A stretch of DNA of 48,186 bases from Actinomycetota bacterium (GCA_019347915.1 JAHWKL010000004.1:1-48186), one strand, 5' to 3'. Shown: positions 19,384 to 29,761, counted from the first letter of the stretch. The notes: generated by a model not told the origin, from the sequence alone. A program made the numbers and translations.

Positions 19384-20583
19384 CTACTGCCCGGCAGGGA
19401 CGGGCTGCCTGCGTTCGGGACGCTCGGTCACCAGCGCGGGCACGTAGCGGGCGGCGACGGGACCGGCGATGGCGAGCAGCAGGACGTACGCCGCCGCCAC
19501 CGGGCCGAGCGCGGGTTCGATGCCGGCGGAGACGCCGAGGCCGGCGATGACGATGGAGAACTCGCCCCGGGCGATGAGGGCCGTGCCCGCCCGCAGGCGG
19601 CCCGGTCGGGCGATACCCATGCGCTTGGCGGCCCACCAGCCGGTGACGACCTTGGTGCCGGCGGTGACCGCGGCCAGGGCGAGGGCGACGCCGGCGACCG
19701 GCACCAGCTCAGAGGGATCGATCTGGAGCCCGAAGAATAAGAAGAAGGCAGCGGCGAACAGGTCCCGGAGCGGTCCCACCAGCAGGCTGGCTCGCTCCTG
19801 CACGGCTCCACCGATGGCGATGCCGACGAGGAAGGCGCCGACGGCGGCGGAGACCTGCAGCTGGGCGGCGACGCCGGCGACGACGAGGGTGGTGCCGAGC
19901 ACGCCGAGCAGAAGGGCTTCGTCGGAGTGGCTGAACAGCGCCTGGCTGAGCACGCCCCCGTGGCGCAGAGCCACGAACAGCACCAGCGCCACCGTGGCCA
20001 GGGCGATCGCGACCGAAGGCAGGCCGGCCATCAGGGAGCCACCGGTGAGCAGTGCCGCCACCACGGGCAGGTACACGGCCATGGCCAGGTCCTCCATGAC
20101 CAGGATCGACAGCACCGACGGCGTCTCCCGGTTCCCCAGGCGGTCGAGATCGGCCAGCAGCTTGGAGATGACGCCCGAGGAGGAGATGTAGGTCACGCCG
20201 CCCAGGAGGATCACCGCCCGTGCATCCCAGCCCAGGGCCAGGCCGGCGAGCACGCCGGGGGTGGCGTTGGCGACGATGTCGAGCAGACCTGCGGGAAGAC
20301 CCACCTTGAGGTTGCCGCCCAGCTCCTCGGAGGAGTACTCCAGGCCCAGGGTGAGCAGGAGCAGCACCACGCCGATCTCCGACCCGACGGCGATCAGCGT
20401 CTCGCTCACGTCGAGGTCGACGACGCCGCCTCTGCCCACGATGAGGCCCCCCACCAGGTAGAAGGGGATGGGGCTGAGACTCAAGCGGTCCGCCAGCCGG
20501 GCGAGGAGCGCCAGGCCCAGCACCACCAGCCCCAGCTCGGTGAGCACGAGGGCCACCTCGGCGGGTGCGGCGGCGAAGATCAC
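19384..20583 (-). CDS. CPA2 cation:proton antiporter (KhtU-like)
   Basis: Highly hydrophobic; LLLTLGLE, ISSSGVISK, ILVMEDL, LRDLFAAAFF, RGEFSIVIA. Confidence 0.9.
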   Translation of the reverse strand: MIFAAAPAEVALVLTELGLVVLGLALLARLADRLSLSPIPFYLVGGLIVGRGGVVDLDVSETLIAVGSEIGVVLLLLTLGLEYSSEELGGNLKVGLPAGLLDIVANATPGVLAGLALGWDARAVILLGGVTYISSSGVISKLLADLDRLGNRETPSVLSILVMEDLAMAVYLPVVAALLTGGSLMAGLPSVAIALATVALVLFVALRHGGVLSQALFSHSDEALLLGVLGTTLVVAGVAAQLQVSAAVGAFLVGIAIGGAVQERASLLVGPLRDLFAAAFFLFFGLQIDPSELVPVAGVALALAAVTAGTKVVTGWWAAKRMGIARPGRLRAGTALIARGEFSIVIAGLGVSAGIEPALGPVAAAYVLLLAIAGPVAARYVPALVTERPERRQPVPAGQ

Positions 20584-20613
20584 CTCCAGCGATGCAGGGA
20601 GACGGTCACGGCG

Positions 20614-21099
20614 TTAACCCTGCTGGAGGAGGCGGAACAGCTCCTTGATGCCCTCCGGGGTCCCTACCGCGACCGCAGTGTCTCCCTCCTCCAGCGTGAA
20701 GTCGCCCCCCGGGGCGGGGATGGTCTCGTCGCCCCGCACCACGGCGACGATGGAGACCCCCGTCTCGGTGCGCAGTGCCGACTCCCGTAGCGTCCGCCCC
20801 GCGCACGCCGCGTTCCCACCCACCGGCAGCCAATCGATGGTCAGGCCCTCGATGTGCTGCTGGAGGTCGGCCAGCCGCTCGCTGACATGAGACGTCCCGA
20901 GCAGCTCGGCCAACGTCTGGGTGTCATCGGCATCGAGCCGTACGACGTCACGGCAGGCGTCGGGATCGACGCTGTCGTACACGAGCAGCTCCCGCCGACC
21001 GGTCCGGTGGGCGAGGACACCCACTCGGTCGCCCTCCTTGGTGACGAAGTCGTAGCGGATGCCCACGCCGGGCAGTTGCGTCTCCTCGACCTCAGCCAT
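20614..21099 (-). CDS. Antiporter regulatory subunit (KhtT-like, RCK_C domain)
   Basis: [38 protein letters not shown]; ATG 21099 preferred over TTG 21117. Confidence 0.9.
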   Translation of the reverse strand: MAEVEETQLPGVGIRYDFVTKEGDRVGVLAHRTGRRELLVYDSVDPDACRDVVRLDADDTQTLAELLGTSHVSERLADLQQHIEGLTIDWLPVGGNAACAGRTLRESALRTETGVSIVAVVRGDETIPAPGGDFTLEEGDTAVAVGTPEGIKELFRLLQQG

Positions 21100-21138
21100 C
21101 GACAGCCAGTCTGTCAACCATGCGAGCTGGGCCGGCGG

Positions 21139-21381
21139 TCAGGCGGGCTCGATGAAGATGCACTCGCCGGGGCACTCCTCGGCGGACTCGACCACGTCGT
21201 CGAGCCGTTCATCGGGGAAGCTGGCCAGGCCTTCGGCGCCACCGGGGTCGCTGAGGACCTTGTCCCCCTCCTTGACGTATGCCAGGCCGTCGTCCAGCAG
21301 CGTGAACACGTCGGGGGCGATCTCCTCGCACAGGCCGTCGCCCGTACACAGATCCTGGTCGATCCAGACCTTCATCGGCAT
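21139..21381 (-). CDS. Single-cluster ferredoxin
   Basis: [24 protein letters not shown]...EECPGECI (CxxDxxC...CP); AGGAG RBS upstream; start 21381 or 21375. Confidence 0.93.
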   Translation of the reverse strand: MPMKVWIDQDLCTGDGLCEEIAPDVFTLLDDGLAYVKEGDKVLSDPGGAEGLASFPDERLDDVVESAEECPGECIFIEPA

Positions 21382-21567
21382 CAGCGCACGCTCCTGTACT
21401 TCGCTGGTCGGCGGTCCTCCCCAATTTACCCGGTGCGGGGGAGGAAAACTCAGGAGGGTGGCATTCCCGGGTTCCCGTGCCCGCCGGTGTCGTCCGTTTC
21501 CGGCGGTCCCCCGTGTATCGTCGCCCGCGGATCGACAGGAGCCCGAGCATCGACAGGAGGGAGTCCT

Positions 21568-23310
21568 GTGGCCGACCACGACGAGGCCGAGCTCGAGGAG
21601 CTGCGCGAGCAGGCGATGACGCTGGAGGAGGAGGTCGCCCTGCTCCGGCGGCGGCTGCAGGATGCCCCCAAGCGGGTCCGCACCCTCGAGGAGCGTCTGC
21701 TGGAGACCAAGGGCCAGCTGGCGCAGGCGGTGTCCCAGAACGAGAAGCTCACCTACACGCTGCGCGAGGCCCGTGAGCACATCGCCGCGCTGCGTGAGGA
21801 GGTGGAGAAGCTCACCCAGCCCCCGTCCGCCTACGGCACCCTGCTCGGCCACAACGACGATGGCACGGTCGACGTCTTCTCCGCCGGCCGGAAGATGCGG
21901 GTGGCGGTGCATCCCGACCTGACCGAAGCCGACCTGCCCCGCGGCGCCGAAGTGGCGCTGAACGAGTCCCTCAACGTGGTGCTGGCCCGGGCGGCGGAGA
22001 TCTCGGGTGAGGTGGTCACGGTCAAGGAGCTTCTCGACGACCGGCGGCGGGCCCTCATTCTCGGCCGGGCCGACGAGGAGCGGGTGGTGGAGCTCTCCGA
22101 CTCCATGGTGGACACCGTGCTGCGGGCCGGCGACACCGTGCTGATGGATCCCCGGTCGGGCTTGATCCTCGAGAAGCTGCCCCGCCCCGAGGTCGAGGAG
22201 CTGGTGCTCGAGGAGGTGCCCGACATCTCCTATGCCGATGTGGGTGGCCTCGACGCCCAGATCGAGCAGATCACCGATGCGGTCGAGCTGCCGTTCATCC
22301 ATCGCCGCCTGTTCGAGGAGTACCGCCTGCCCGCCCCCAAGGGCATCCTGCTGTACGGACCTCCGGGCTGCGGCAAGACCCTCATCGCCAAGGCGGTGGC
22401 CAACTCGCTGTCCAAGAAGGTCAGCCAGGTGACGGGGCAGCCCGCGGCTCGCAGTTACTTCCTGAACATCAAGGGCCCCGAGCTGCTCAACAAGTACGTG
22501 GGCGAGACCGAGCGCCAGATCCGGCTGGTGTTCCAGCGGGCTCGGGAGAAGTCGGAGGAGGGCGTGCCCGTCATCGTGTTCTTCGACGAGATGGACAGCC
22601 TCTTCCGCACCCGCGGCAGCGGCATCAGCTCCGACATGGAATCGACCATCGTCCCTCAGCTCCTGGCCGAGATCGACGGGGTGGAGACGCTGCGCAACGT
22701 CATCGTCATCGGCGCCTCCAACCGCGAGGATCTCATCGACCCGGCGATCCTGCGGCCGGGCCGCCTGGACGTGAAGATCAAGATCGAGCGCCCCAACGAG
22801 GAGGCGGCCGTCTCGATCTTCAACCGCTACCTCGACACCTCCCTGCCGCTGGCCGCCGACGAGGTCGCGGACCTGGGCGGCGGCGACCCGGAGAAGGCGG
22901 TGCGGGTCATGATCGAGCGCACGGTCGAGGTCATGTTCCGGGCCGACGAGGCCAACCGGTTCCTGGAGATCACCTACCAGAACGGCGACAAGGAGGTCAT
23001 GTACTTCAAGGACTTCGCCTCGGGGGCCATGATCGAGAACATCGTGCGCCGAGCCAAGAAGCTGGCCATCAAGCGGCTCATCTCCGGCGGTGCGCCGGGG
23101 ATCCGGACCGCCGATCTCCAGGCTTCGATCGCCCAGGAGTACAAGGAGCACGAGGACCTGCCCAACACCACCAACCCCGACGACTGGGCCAAGATCTCGG
23201 GCAAGAAGGGTGAGCGCATCGTCTACGTCCGCACGCTGGTGTCCCAGGGCACCGACGAGGTCGGGGGCGGCCGTTCGATCGAGCGGGTGGCCACCGGCCA
23301 GTACCTGTGA
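21568..23310 (+). CDS. arc: Proteasome AAA+ ATPase ARC/Mpa
   Basis: N-terminal coiled coil, [23 protein letters not shown]-terminal GQYL docking motif; AGGAGG RBS. Confidence 0.97.
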   Translation: MADHDEAELEELREQAMTLEEEVALLRRRLQDAPKRVRTLEERLLETKGQLAQAVSQNEKLTYTLREAREHIAALREEVEKLTQPPSAYGTLLGHNDDGTVDVFSAGRKMRVAVHPDLTEADLPRGAEVALNESLNVVLARAAEISGEVVTVKELLDDRRRALILGRADEERVVELSDSMVDTVLRAGDTVLMDPRSGLILEKLPRPEVEELVLEEVPDISYADVGGLDAQIEQITDAVELPFIHRRLFEEYRLPAPKGILLYGPPGCGKTLIAKAVANSLSKKVSQVTGQPAARSYFLNIKGPELLNKYVGETERQIRLVFQRAREKSEEGVPVIVFFDEMDSLFRTRGSGISSDMESTIVPQLLAEIDGVETLRNVIVIGASNREDLIDPAILRPGRLDVKIKIERPNEEAAVSIFNRYLDTSLPLAADEVADLGGGDPEKAVRVMIERTVEVMFRADEANRFLEITYQNGDKEVMYFKDFASGAMIENIVRRAKKLAIKRLISGGAPGIRTADLQASIAQEYKEHEDLPNTTNPDDWAKISGKKGERIVYVRTLVSQGTDEVGGGRSIERVATGQYL

Positions 23311-23366
23311 GGTGACGGCGCCGGACTGTCGCCGATTCCGGCGTCACCGGAGGTAGGGTCAACCTC

Positions 23367-24854
23367 GTGGCCATCCCCAAGGTCTGCGGGATCGAGACCG
23401 AGTACGGCATCGTGGTCCGGGGCGCCGCTGAGCCCAACCCGATGGCGGCCTCCTCGCTGCTGATCAACGCCTACGTGTCGTCGCTGCAGCCCCGCGTCGG
23501 TTGGGATTTCGAGGACGAGTCCCCCGGCAACGACGCCCGGGGCTACCGGGTCGAGGGCCCTGCCGCGCCGGAGGTCGAGACCCATCTGGTCAACGCCGTG
23601 CTGACCAACGGCGCCCGTTACTACGTCGACCATGCCCACCCGGAGCTGTCCATCCCCGAGTGCCGTGACGCCCGTGAGGTCGTCGTCTGGGACAAGGCCG
23701 GCGAGCAGATCCTCCTGCGTTCCATGCGTGCGGCCCAGGCCACGCTGCCGCCCGGGCAGGAGCTGGTCGTCTACAAGAACAACAGCGATCGCAAGGGCAA
23801 CAGCTACGGCTGCCACGAGAACTACCTCGTCGACCGGGCCGTGCCCTTCCACCGCATCGTGGCGGGGATCTTGCCCTTCTTCGTCACCCGCCAGCTGTTC
23901 GCCGGGGCGGGCAAGGTGGGCTCCGAGGCCCCGGGCCTCTCCTCGGCCGAGGTCCCCTTCCAGCTGTCCCAGCGGGCTGACTTCTTCGAGGAGGAGGTGG
24001 GGCTCGAGACCACGCTGAAGCGCCCCATCGTCAACACCCGTGACGAGCCACACTGCGACGCCCAGAAGTACCGTCGCCTCCATGTGATCCTGGGTGACGC
24101 CAACTGCTCCGAGCTCGCCACCTTCCTCAAGGTGGGCACGACCGCCCTGGTGCTGGCCATGATCGAGGACGACGAGCTGCCCCGGAACCTGGCGCTGGCT
24201 TCGCCGGTCCGGGCGCTGCGCCAGGTGTCCTACGACCTCGACCTGGGGCTGTCGCTCGAGCTGGCCGACGGCGGGCGGATCAGCGCCCTCGACATCCAGT
24301 GGGAGTACCTCACCTGGGCCCGGAAGTACGCCGACACCCACGGGCTCGAAGCCGTCGGTGAGGAAGTGGGCGGCGAGATCCTTCAACGCTGGGAATCCGT
24401 GCTCACCGCCCTCGAGACCGATCCCATGTCGCTGGCCGGCTCCCTCGACTGGGTGGCGAAGTACACGCTGCTGTCCGCCTACCGTGACCGCCACGGGTTG
24501 GCGTGGGACGCCGCCCGGCTGGCAGCGATGGACCTGCAGTACCACGACCTGCGCCCGGAGCGCTCCCTCTCCGCCCGTCTCGGTCTCGAACGACTCACCG
24601 AGGACGCCGAGGTCGAGGCGGCGGTCACCGAACCCCCGGCCACGACCAGGGCCTGGTTCCGCGGCAAGTGCCTGCAGCGGTGGGCGTCCCAGATCGTTGC
24701 CGCCAACTGGGACTCGCTGGTCTTCGACGTGGGTGCCGACCCGTTGCGCCGGGTGCCGATGATCGAGCCACTCAAGGGGACAGCGGCCATGGTCGACGAC
24801 TTGTTGGAGGCATGTGCCACGCCCAGCGAGCTGCTCCAGCGGTTGGGCACGTGA
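23367..24854 (+). CDS. dop: Pup deamidase/depupylase
   Basis: GIETEYGI, WDFEDESP Dop loop, LTNGARYYVDHAHPE, AANWDS. Confidence 0.95.
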   Translation: MAIPKVCGIETEYGIVVRGAAEPNPMAASSLLINAYVSSLQPRVGWDFEDESPGNDARGYRVEGPAAPEVETHLVNAVLTNGARYYVDHAHPELSIPECRDAREVVVWDKAGEQILLRSMRAAQATLPPGQELVVYKNNSDRKGNSYGCHENYLVDRAVPFHRIVAGILPFFVTRQLFAGAGKVGSEAPGLSSAEVPFQLSQRADFFEEEVGLETTLKRPIVNTRDEPHCDAQKYRRLHVILGDANCSELATFLKVGTTALVLAMIEDDELPRNLALASPVRALRQVSYDLDLGLSLELADGGRISALDIQWEYLTWARKYADTHGLEAVGEEVGGEILQRWESVLTALETDPMSLAGSLDWVAKYTLLSAYRDRHGLAWDAARLAAMDLQYHDLRPERSLSARLGLERLTEDAEVEAAVTEPPATTRAWFRGKCLQRWASQIVAANWDSLVFDVGADPLRRVPMIEPLKGTAAMVDDLLEACATPSELLQRLGT

Positions 24855-24881
24855 ACAGTGCGAACAGTGAGGTGATGAGCG

Positions 24882-25079
24882 ATGGTTGAACGGGAACATC
24901 GGAGGAAGCCGGCGCCGAGCCGCCACGAGGAAGAGGCGGTCGACGAGCAGCCGACGAAGTCCGAGAAGGGGGAGAAGATCAAGGCCGAGCTCGACGACCT
25001 GCTGGACGAGATCGACGAGGTCCTGGAGGTGAACTCCGAGGAGTTCGTCCGGTCCTACGTCCAGAAGGGTGGACAGTAG
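24882..25079 (+). CDS. pup: Prokaryotic ubiquitin-like protein Pup
   Basis: 65 aa; DDLLDEIDEVLE..SEEFVRSYVQKGGQ. Confidence 0.97.
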   Translation: MVEREHRRKPAPSRHEEEAVDEQPTKSEKGEKIKAELDDLLDEIDEVLEVNSEEFVRSYVQKGGQ

Positions 25080-25136
25080 GCTCCGGCTCGGTTCTCCACT
25101 CAGGGCGAGAACATCGAGCGGGTAGCCTCCCCGAGC

Positions 25137-25970
25137 GTGGCCTTCCCCTTCTACCTGCCCGGTGACGATCCGGGCCCCAGCTTCGCCGAGCTCCTGCGCC
25201 GCACCGGCGGGTGCCCTCCCACCCCGGCGGGCCCGATCGACGACGTGACGCACGGCACCACGGTCGTGGCCCTGCGCTACGCCGACGGCGTGGTCATGGC
25301 TGGCGACCGCCGGGCGACGTCGGGGAACCTCATCAGCCATCGCACCATGGAGAAGGTCTTTCCTGCCGACCGGCACTCCGGGGTGGCCATCGCCGGAGCG
25401 GCAGGGCCGGCAGTCGAGATGGTGCGCCTCTTCCAGCTCCAGCTCGAGCACTACGAGAAGGTGGAGGGCGTCGAGCTGAGCCTGGAAGGCAAGGCCAACC
25501 AGCTGAGCGTCATGGTCCGCAACCACCTCCCGGCGGCCATGCAGGGCCTCATGGTGGTGCCTCTGTTCGCCGGCTACGACCTTGGCCGCGGCGCCGGCCG
25601 CCTCTTCCAGTACGACGTGACCGGGGGACGCTACGAGGAGAGCGACTTCGCCACCAACGGGTCCGGCCGGCTGCACGCCGGAACGGTGGTCAAGCTCGGG
25701 TACCGAGAGGGCGTCGAGCGGACCGGTGCGCTCGACCTGGCCATCTCGGCGTTGTTCCAGGCCGCCGACGAGGACTCGGCCACCGGCGGTCCCGACCTGG
25801 TCCGGGGCATCTACCCGACCATGGCCACCATCACGAGCGCCGGCTTCGAGCGGGTGGACGCCGACGAGGTGGCCGACCGCTTCCGCCGGCTGGTCGAGCG
25901 CTTGTCGACGCCCGAGGGCACGGCCAGCACGGGGGCCACACCCACCATCGGCGGTGGAGGTGCGTCATGA
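25137..25970 (+). CDS. prcB: 20S proteasome beta subunit
   Basis: Propeptide cleavage HG|TTVVAL, AGDRRAT, DSATGGPD. Confidence 0.96.
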   Translation: MAFPFYLPGDDPGPSFAELLRRTGGCPPTPAGPIDDVTHGTTVVALRYADGVVMAGDRRATSGNLISHRTMEKVFPADRHSGVAIAGAAGPAVEMVRLFQLQLEHYEKVEGVELSLEGKANQLSVMVRNHLPAAMQGLMVVPLFAGYDLGRGAGRLFQYDVTGGRYEESDFATNGSGRLHAGTVVKLGYREGVERTGALDLAISALFQAADEDSATGGPDLVRGIYPTMATITSAGFERVDADEVADRFRRLVERLSTPEGTASTGATPTIGGGGAS

Positions 25971-26644
25971 CCATGCCCTTCTACGTCTCCCCCGAGCAGG
26001 TCATGAAGGACCGGGCCGACTACGCCCGCAAGGGGATCGCCCGGGGCCGCAGCCTGGTCGCTGCCACCTACGACGACGGCATCCTGATCTGCGCCGAGAA
26101 CCCGTCCCGCCGGTTGCGCAAGATCAGCGAGATCTACGACCGGATCGCCTTCGCCGCGGTGGGGAAGTACAACGAGTTCGACCAGCTCCGGATCGCCGGG
26201 ATCCGTGCCGCTGACCTCAAGGGCTACGCCTACAGCCGCCAGGACGTCGACGCCCGCAGCCTGGCCAACAACTACGCCCAGATCCTGGGGCAGATCTTCA
26301 CCCACGAGATGAAGCCCATGGAGGTCGAGATCCTCGTGGCCGAGGTCGGCACCATCCCGGAGCAGGATCGCCTCTTCCACCTGCTCTACGACGGCACGGT
26401 CGTCGACGAGAGCCGGTTCACCGTGCTGGGGGGCGAGGCGGAGACCATCGCCGAGCGGCTCCGGGAGCACTACGCCGACGGGCTCGACCAGCCGTCGGTC
26501 ATCCGGCTGTCGACGGTGGCGCTGGGCGGGCCGGACCGGACCCTCAGCGCCGGCGAGCTCGAGGTGGCGGTGTTGAGCCGCAGCGAGGAGGGCCGGGCGT
26601 TCCGGCGGCTGGACGAGGAGACCCTTGCCCGCCTGCTGGGATGA
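25967..26644 (+). CDS. prcA: 20S proteasome alpha subunit
   Basis: MTMPFYVSPEQVMKDRADYARKGIARGRS, KISEIYDRI; ATGA overlap with prcB. Confidence 0.96.
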   Translation: MTMPFYVSPEQVMKDRADYARKGIARGRSLVAATYDDGILICAENPSRRLRKISEIYDRIAFAAVGKYNEFDQLRIAGIRAADLKGYAYSRQDVDARSLANNYAQILGQIFTHEMKPMEVEILVAEVGTIPEQDRLFHLLYDGTVVDESRFTVLGGEAETIAERLREHYADGLDQPSVIRLSTVALGGPDRTLSAGELEVAVLSRSEEGRAFRRLDEETLARLLG

Positions 26645-26654
26645 CGCGGGAGGC

Positions 26655-26981
26655 TCAGGCGACGGCGCTGGCGTAGGCCTGGACCACCAGGGCCAGTACC
26701 AGCAGCAGGGCGAACCACAGCGACACCGGCACGACCCGGCCGGGGCCTTCGCCGTCATCGTCGAAGGCCGACTCCACCTCGTCGACCAGCAGAAGCTCGC
26801 GGGCCAGCGCCAGGTCGGGCTCGTCCACCAGCACCTCGACGGCGCCCATGGGGTACGGGCCGTCGACGCCGCCGCCACGGAGCTGGGTGACCACACCCTC
26901 TGATCCGAGCCGAGCGGCCAGGACCCGGGCGTGGAAGCCGGAGGGCACCCTGGCCAGCGGCACCATCCTCACCTCGGCCAC
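26655..26981 (-). CDS. DUF2007-like putative signal-transducing protein with C-terminal TM
   Basis: ARVLAARLGSEGV...VEVLVDEPDLALARELL plus hydrophobic tail; TAGGCT box 6 nt upstream of GTG. Confidence 0.7.
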   Translation of the reverse strand: MAEVRMVPLARVPSGFHARVLAARLGSEGVVTQLRGGGVDGPYPMGAVEVLVDEPDLALARELLLVDEVESAFDDDGEGPGRVVPVSLWFALLLVLALVVQAYASAVA

Positions 26982-27025
26982 CTCATGAGCCTACTGAGGG
27001 CCGCCTCCGGCGGCGAGCGTGGCAG

Positions 27026-27221
27026 GCTCGCTTCGCTCGCGGAAGGACTCGGTGCCGCCTGCGGCGGCGCTCAGTCCCGCTCCGTCCGGCCAAGCCGGCT
27101 GCGCCGGCGGCCGGACGGCGGATTATCGCCTGGCGAGGCTGCGGAGGCCGCCAGGCGGAGCAGCGACGAGGACTGGTCCAGCTCCGTGCGAACGGGCGCC
27201 GGCGGATTATCGCCGGCGCAA
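27026..27221 (+). repeat. REP/BIME-like modular intergenic repeat, copy 1
   Basis: 27026-27130 matches the reverse complement of 39833-39937 (6 mismatches in 105 bp by hand); 27147-27164 matches 39941-39958; 27201-27221 matches 39826-39846. Confidence 0.9.
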
Positions 27222-27240
27222 GACAGATAGCGTGACGCCG

Positions 27241-28608
27241 ATGGACCGGAGGATCTTCGGGCTGGAGAACGAGTACGGCGTCACGTGCACCCTGCGTGGT
27301 CAACGTCGCCTCAGCCCGGACGAGGTGGCCCGCTACCTCTTCCGCCGCGTCGTCTCGTGGGGCCGGAGCAGCAACGTGTTCCTGGAGAACGGCGCCCGTC
27401 TGTACCTGGACGTGGGCAGCCATCCCGAGTACGCCACCCCCGAGTGCGACTCCATCCACGACCTGGTGGTGCACGACAAGGCCGGGGAACGGATCCTCGA
27501 ACAACTGCTGACCTTCGCCGAGCAGCGCCTCCGAGAGGAGGGCATCCGCGGGGTCATTTACCTGTTCAAGAACAACACCGACTCCGCCGGCAACTCGTAC
27601 GGGTGCCACGAGAACTACCTGACCAGCCGGCGTGACGACTTCGGTCATTACGCCGAGGTGCTCATCCCCTTCCTGGTGTCCCGCCAGGTCTACGCCGGCG
27701 CCGGCAAGGTGCTCCAGACGGCCCGCGGGGCGATGTACTGCATCTCCCAGCGGGCGGAGCACATCTGGGAGGGGGTCTCCAGCGCCACCACCCGGAGTCG
27801 CCCCATCATCAACACGCGAGACGAGCCCCATGCCGACGCCGAGCGCTACCGGCGCCTGCACGTCATCGTGGGCGATTCCAACATGAGCGAGTACGCCACC
27901 TTCCTCAAGGTGGGCGCCACGTCGATCCTGCTGCGGATGCTCGAGGACCCGGGGGTGGTGCTCCGTGACATGACACTGGAGAACCCCATTCGTGCCATCC
28001 GCGAGATCAGCCACGACACGACGTGCCGGAAGCGGGTGCGCCTGGCCCATGGCCGAGAGGTGAGCGCCCTCGACATCCAGAGTGAGTACCTGAACCGGGC
28101 ATTGCGCTACGCCGAGGCGAAGGGTGTGAGCGCACTCGAAGAGCAGGCGCTGCGCATGTGGGAGCACTGCCTGACCGGCCTGGCCAAGGACCCCCTCTCG
28201 CTCGACCGGGAATGCGACTGGGTCATCAAGCACAACCTCATCGAGGCCTACCGCGACCGCCACGACCTGCCGCTGATGCATCCCCGAGTGGCCTTGATGG
28301 ACCTGCAGTACCACGACGTGAACCGGGAGCGGGGGCTGTTCTACCGGCTGCAGGCTCGTGACCTGGTCGACCGCATGTGCACCGAGGAGGAGGTCGATCG
28401 AGCCGGGCCCGGCTCCCTCGAGCCTCCGCAGACCACCCGTGCCCGCCTGCGTGGCGAGTTCATCCGCCGGGCCAAGGAACGCAAGCGGGACTACACCGTC
28501 GACTGGGTGCACCTGAAGCTCAATGACCAGGCCCAGCGGACCGTGCTGTGCAAGGACCCGTTCAAGTCCAGGGACGAGCGAGTCGAACGGTTGATCGCCT
28601 CGTTGTGA
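27241..28608 (+). CDS. pafA: Pup--protein ligase
   Basis: [62 protein letters not shown]. Confidence 0.97.
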   Translation: MDRRIFGLENEYGVTCTLRGQRRLSPDEVARYLFRRVVSWGRSSNVFLENGARLYLDVGSHPEYATPECDSIHDLVVHDKAGERILEQLLTFAEQRLREEGIRGVIYLFKNNTDSAGNSYGCHENYLTSRRDDFGHYAEVLIPFLVSRQVYAGAGKVLQTARGAMYCISQRAEHIWEGVSSATTRSRPIINTRDEPHADAERYRRLHVIVGDSNMSEYATFLKVGATSILLRMLEDPGVVLRDMTLENPIRAIREISHDTTCRKRVRLAHGREVSALDIQSEYLNRALRYAEAKGVSALEEQALRMWEHCLTGLAKDPLSLDRECDWVIKHNLIEAYRDRHDLPLMHPRVALMDLQYHDVNRERGLFYRLQARDLVDRMCTEEEVDRAGPGSLEPPQTTRARLRGEFIRRAKERKRDYTVDWVHLKLNDQAQRTVLCKDPFKSRDERVERLIASL

Positions 28609-28641
28609 CCCTCCGGCCGTCGAAGAACGGCTGACACGGCC

Positions 28642-29721
28642 GTGCCTTCGTTCCGTACCGCCACCGTCGTCGCCATCACCGAGGACCGGCCCGGCCTGCA
28701 GCGCATCCAGACCACCTTCGGTGATCCGGGAGGCACCGGAGGCCAGGCAGAGGGGCGCGCCTACGTGCTCACCGAGCTCCTCGGTCCGGTCGCGGTGGGT
28801 GATCGCGTCGTGTTGAACACCACTGCCGTCGAGTTGGGGCTGGGCACCGGCGGGTGGGACGTGGTGCACTGGAACCTGTCACGGGACGAGTGGCGCTCGC
28901 CTGGGCCGGGCCACAGCATGAAGTTGCGCTACACGAGCCTCCAGGCCGACATGGGTTCGGCCGAGGAGTTCCACGCCGGCGCCCTCGCTGAGGCGGACGA
29001 CCTCGACGGCGTCCCCGTCGTGGTCTGCAGTCTCCACAGCCAGGTTCCCTGCGTGGCCGTGGCCGCCAAGCACCTGCGCCCGGAGCTGAGGTTGGCCTAC
29101 GTCATGACCGACGGCGGCGCCCTGCCGCTCGCCACCTCCGACCTGGTGGCGCACATGAGGGCCCGGGGGCTGGTCGATGCCACCGTGACCGCCGGGCACG
29201 CCTTCGGTGGCGACCACGAGGCCATCAACGTGCCGTCGGCCCTGGCCGTGGCCCGGCGGGTGGCCGAGGCCGACGTCGTGGTGGTGGGCATGGGCCCGGG
29301 ATCGGCGGGGACCGCCACCCGTCTCGGCTACAGCGCGCTGGAGGTGGCTCCCGCCCTCGACGCCGCCGAGTCACTGGGAGGCCGGCCGATCGCCGCCGTG
29401 CGCTTCTCGCTTGCCGACCCCCGCCTCCGTCACCAGGGGGTCAGCCACCACACCCTCACCGTGCTGTCCCTGCTCGCCCGGGCCCGGGCCACCATCGGCG
29501 TGCCCCGGGGAGCGTTCGAGGCCCGGCTCCGAGGAGATCTGGAGGGCAGCGGCGTGGCCGACCGTCACCGCCTGCTCTCGGTGGCCGACCCAGGCGTTCC
29601 GGATCTCTTGGCCGAACACGGGCTTCACGTCCCTTCGATGGGTCGGCTGCCGGCAGCCGACCCGGGTTTCTACGCGGTGGCCGGCGCCGCCGGGACCGCC
29701 GCTGCCCACGTCGCCCGCTGA
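28642..29721 (+). CDS. DUF3866 family protein
   Basis: LNTTAVELGLGTGG, GHSMKLRYTSLQ, LHSQ, YVMTDGGALP, GHAFGGD, RHQGVSHHT. Confidence 0.85.
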   Translation: MPSFRTATVVAITEDRPGLQRIQTTFGDPGGTGGQAEGRAYVLTELLGPVAVGDRVVLNTTAVELGLGTGGWDVVHWNLSRDEWRSPGPGHSMKLRYTSLQADMGSAEEFHAGALAEADDLDGVPVVVCSLHSQVPCVAVAAKHLRPELRLAYVMTDGGALPLATSDLVAHMRARGLVDATVTAGHAFGGDHEAINVPSALAVARRVAEADVVVVGMGPGSAGTATRLGYSALEVAPALDAAESLGGRPIAAVRFSLADPRLRHQGVSHHTLTVLSLLARARATIGVPRGAFEARLRGDLEGSGVADRHRLLSVADPGVPDLLAEHGLHVPSMGRLPAADPGFYAVAGAAGTAAAHVAR

Positions 29722-29761
29722 TGGCCGCGGCGGGCGGCCGCCCGCCGGGAGCACCAGCGGC

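Noticed and set aside
23311-23348. Imperfect hairpin after the arc stop (GGTGACG...CGTCACC)
   Set aside because: Bulged stem with no U-tract; too weak to call a terminator.
24853-24869. GAACAGTG direct repeat between dop and pup
   Set aside because: Only 8 bp twice, overlapping the dop stop; not enough to support a function.
27026-27221. Repeat considered as a CRISPR array or IS end
   Set aside because: No regular repeat-spacer periodicity, and no cas or transposase gene in the window.
21568-28608. Pup-proteasome system as a novel system
   Set aside because: Well described; all core motifs are canonical.
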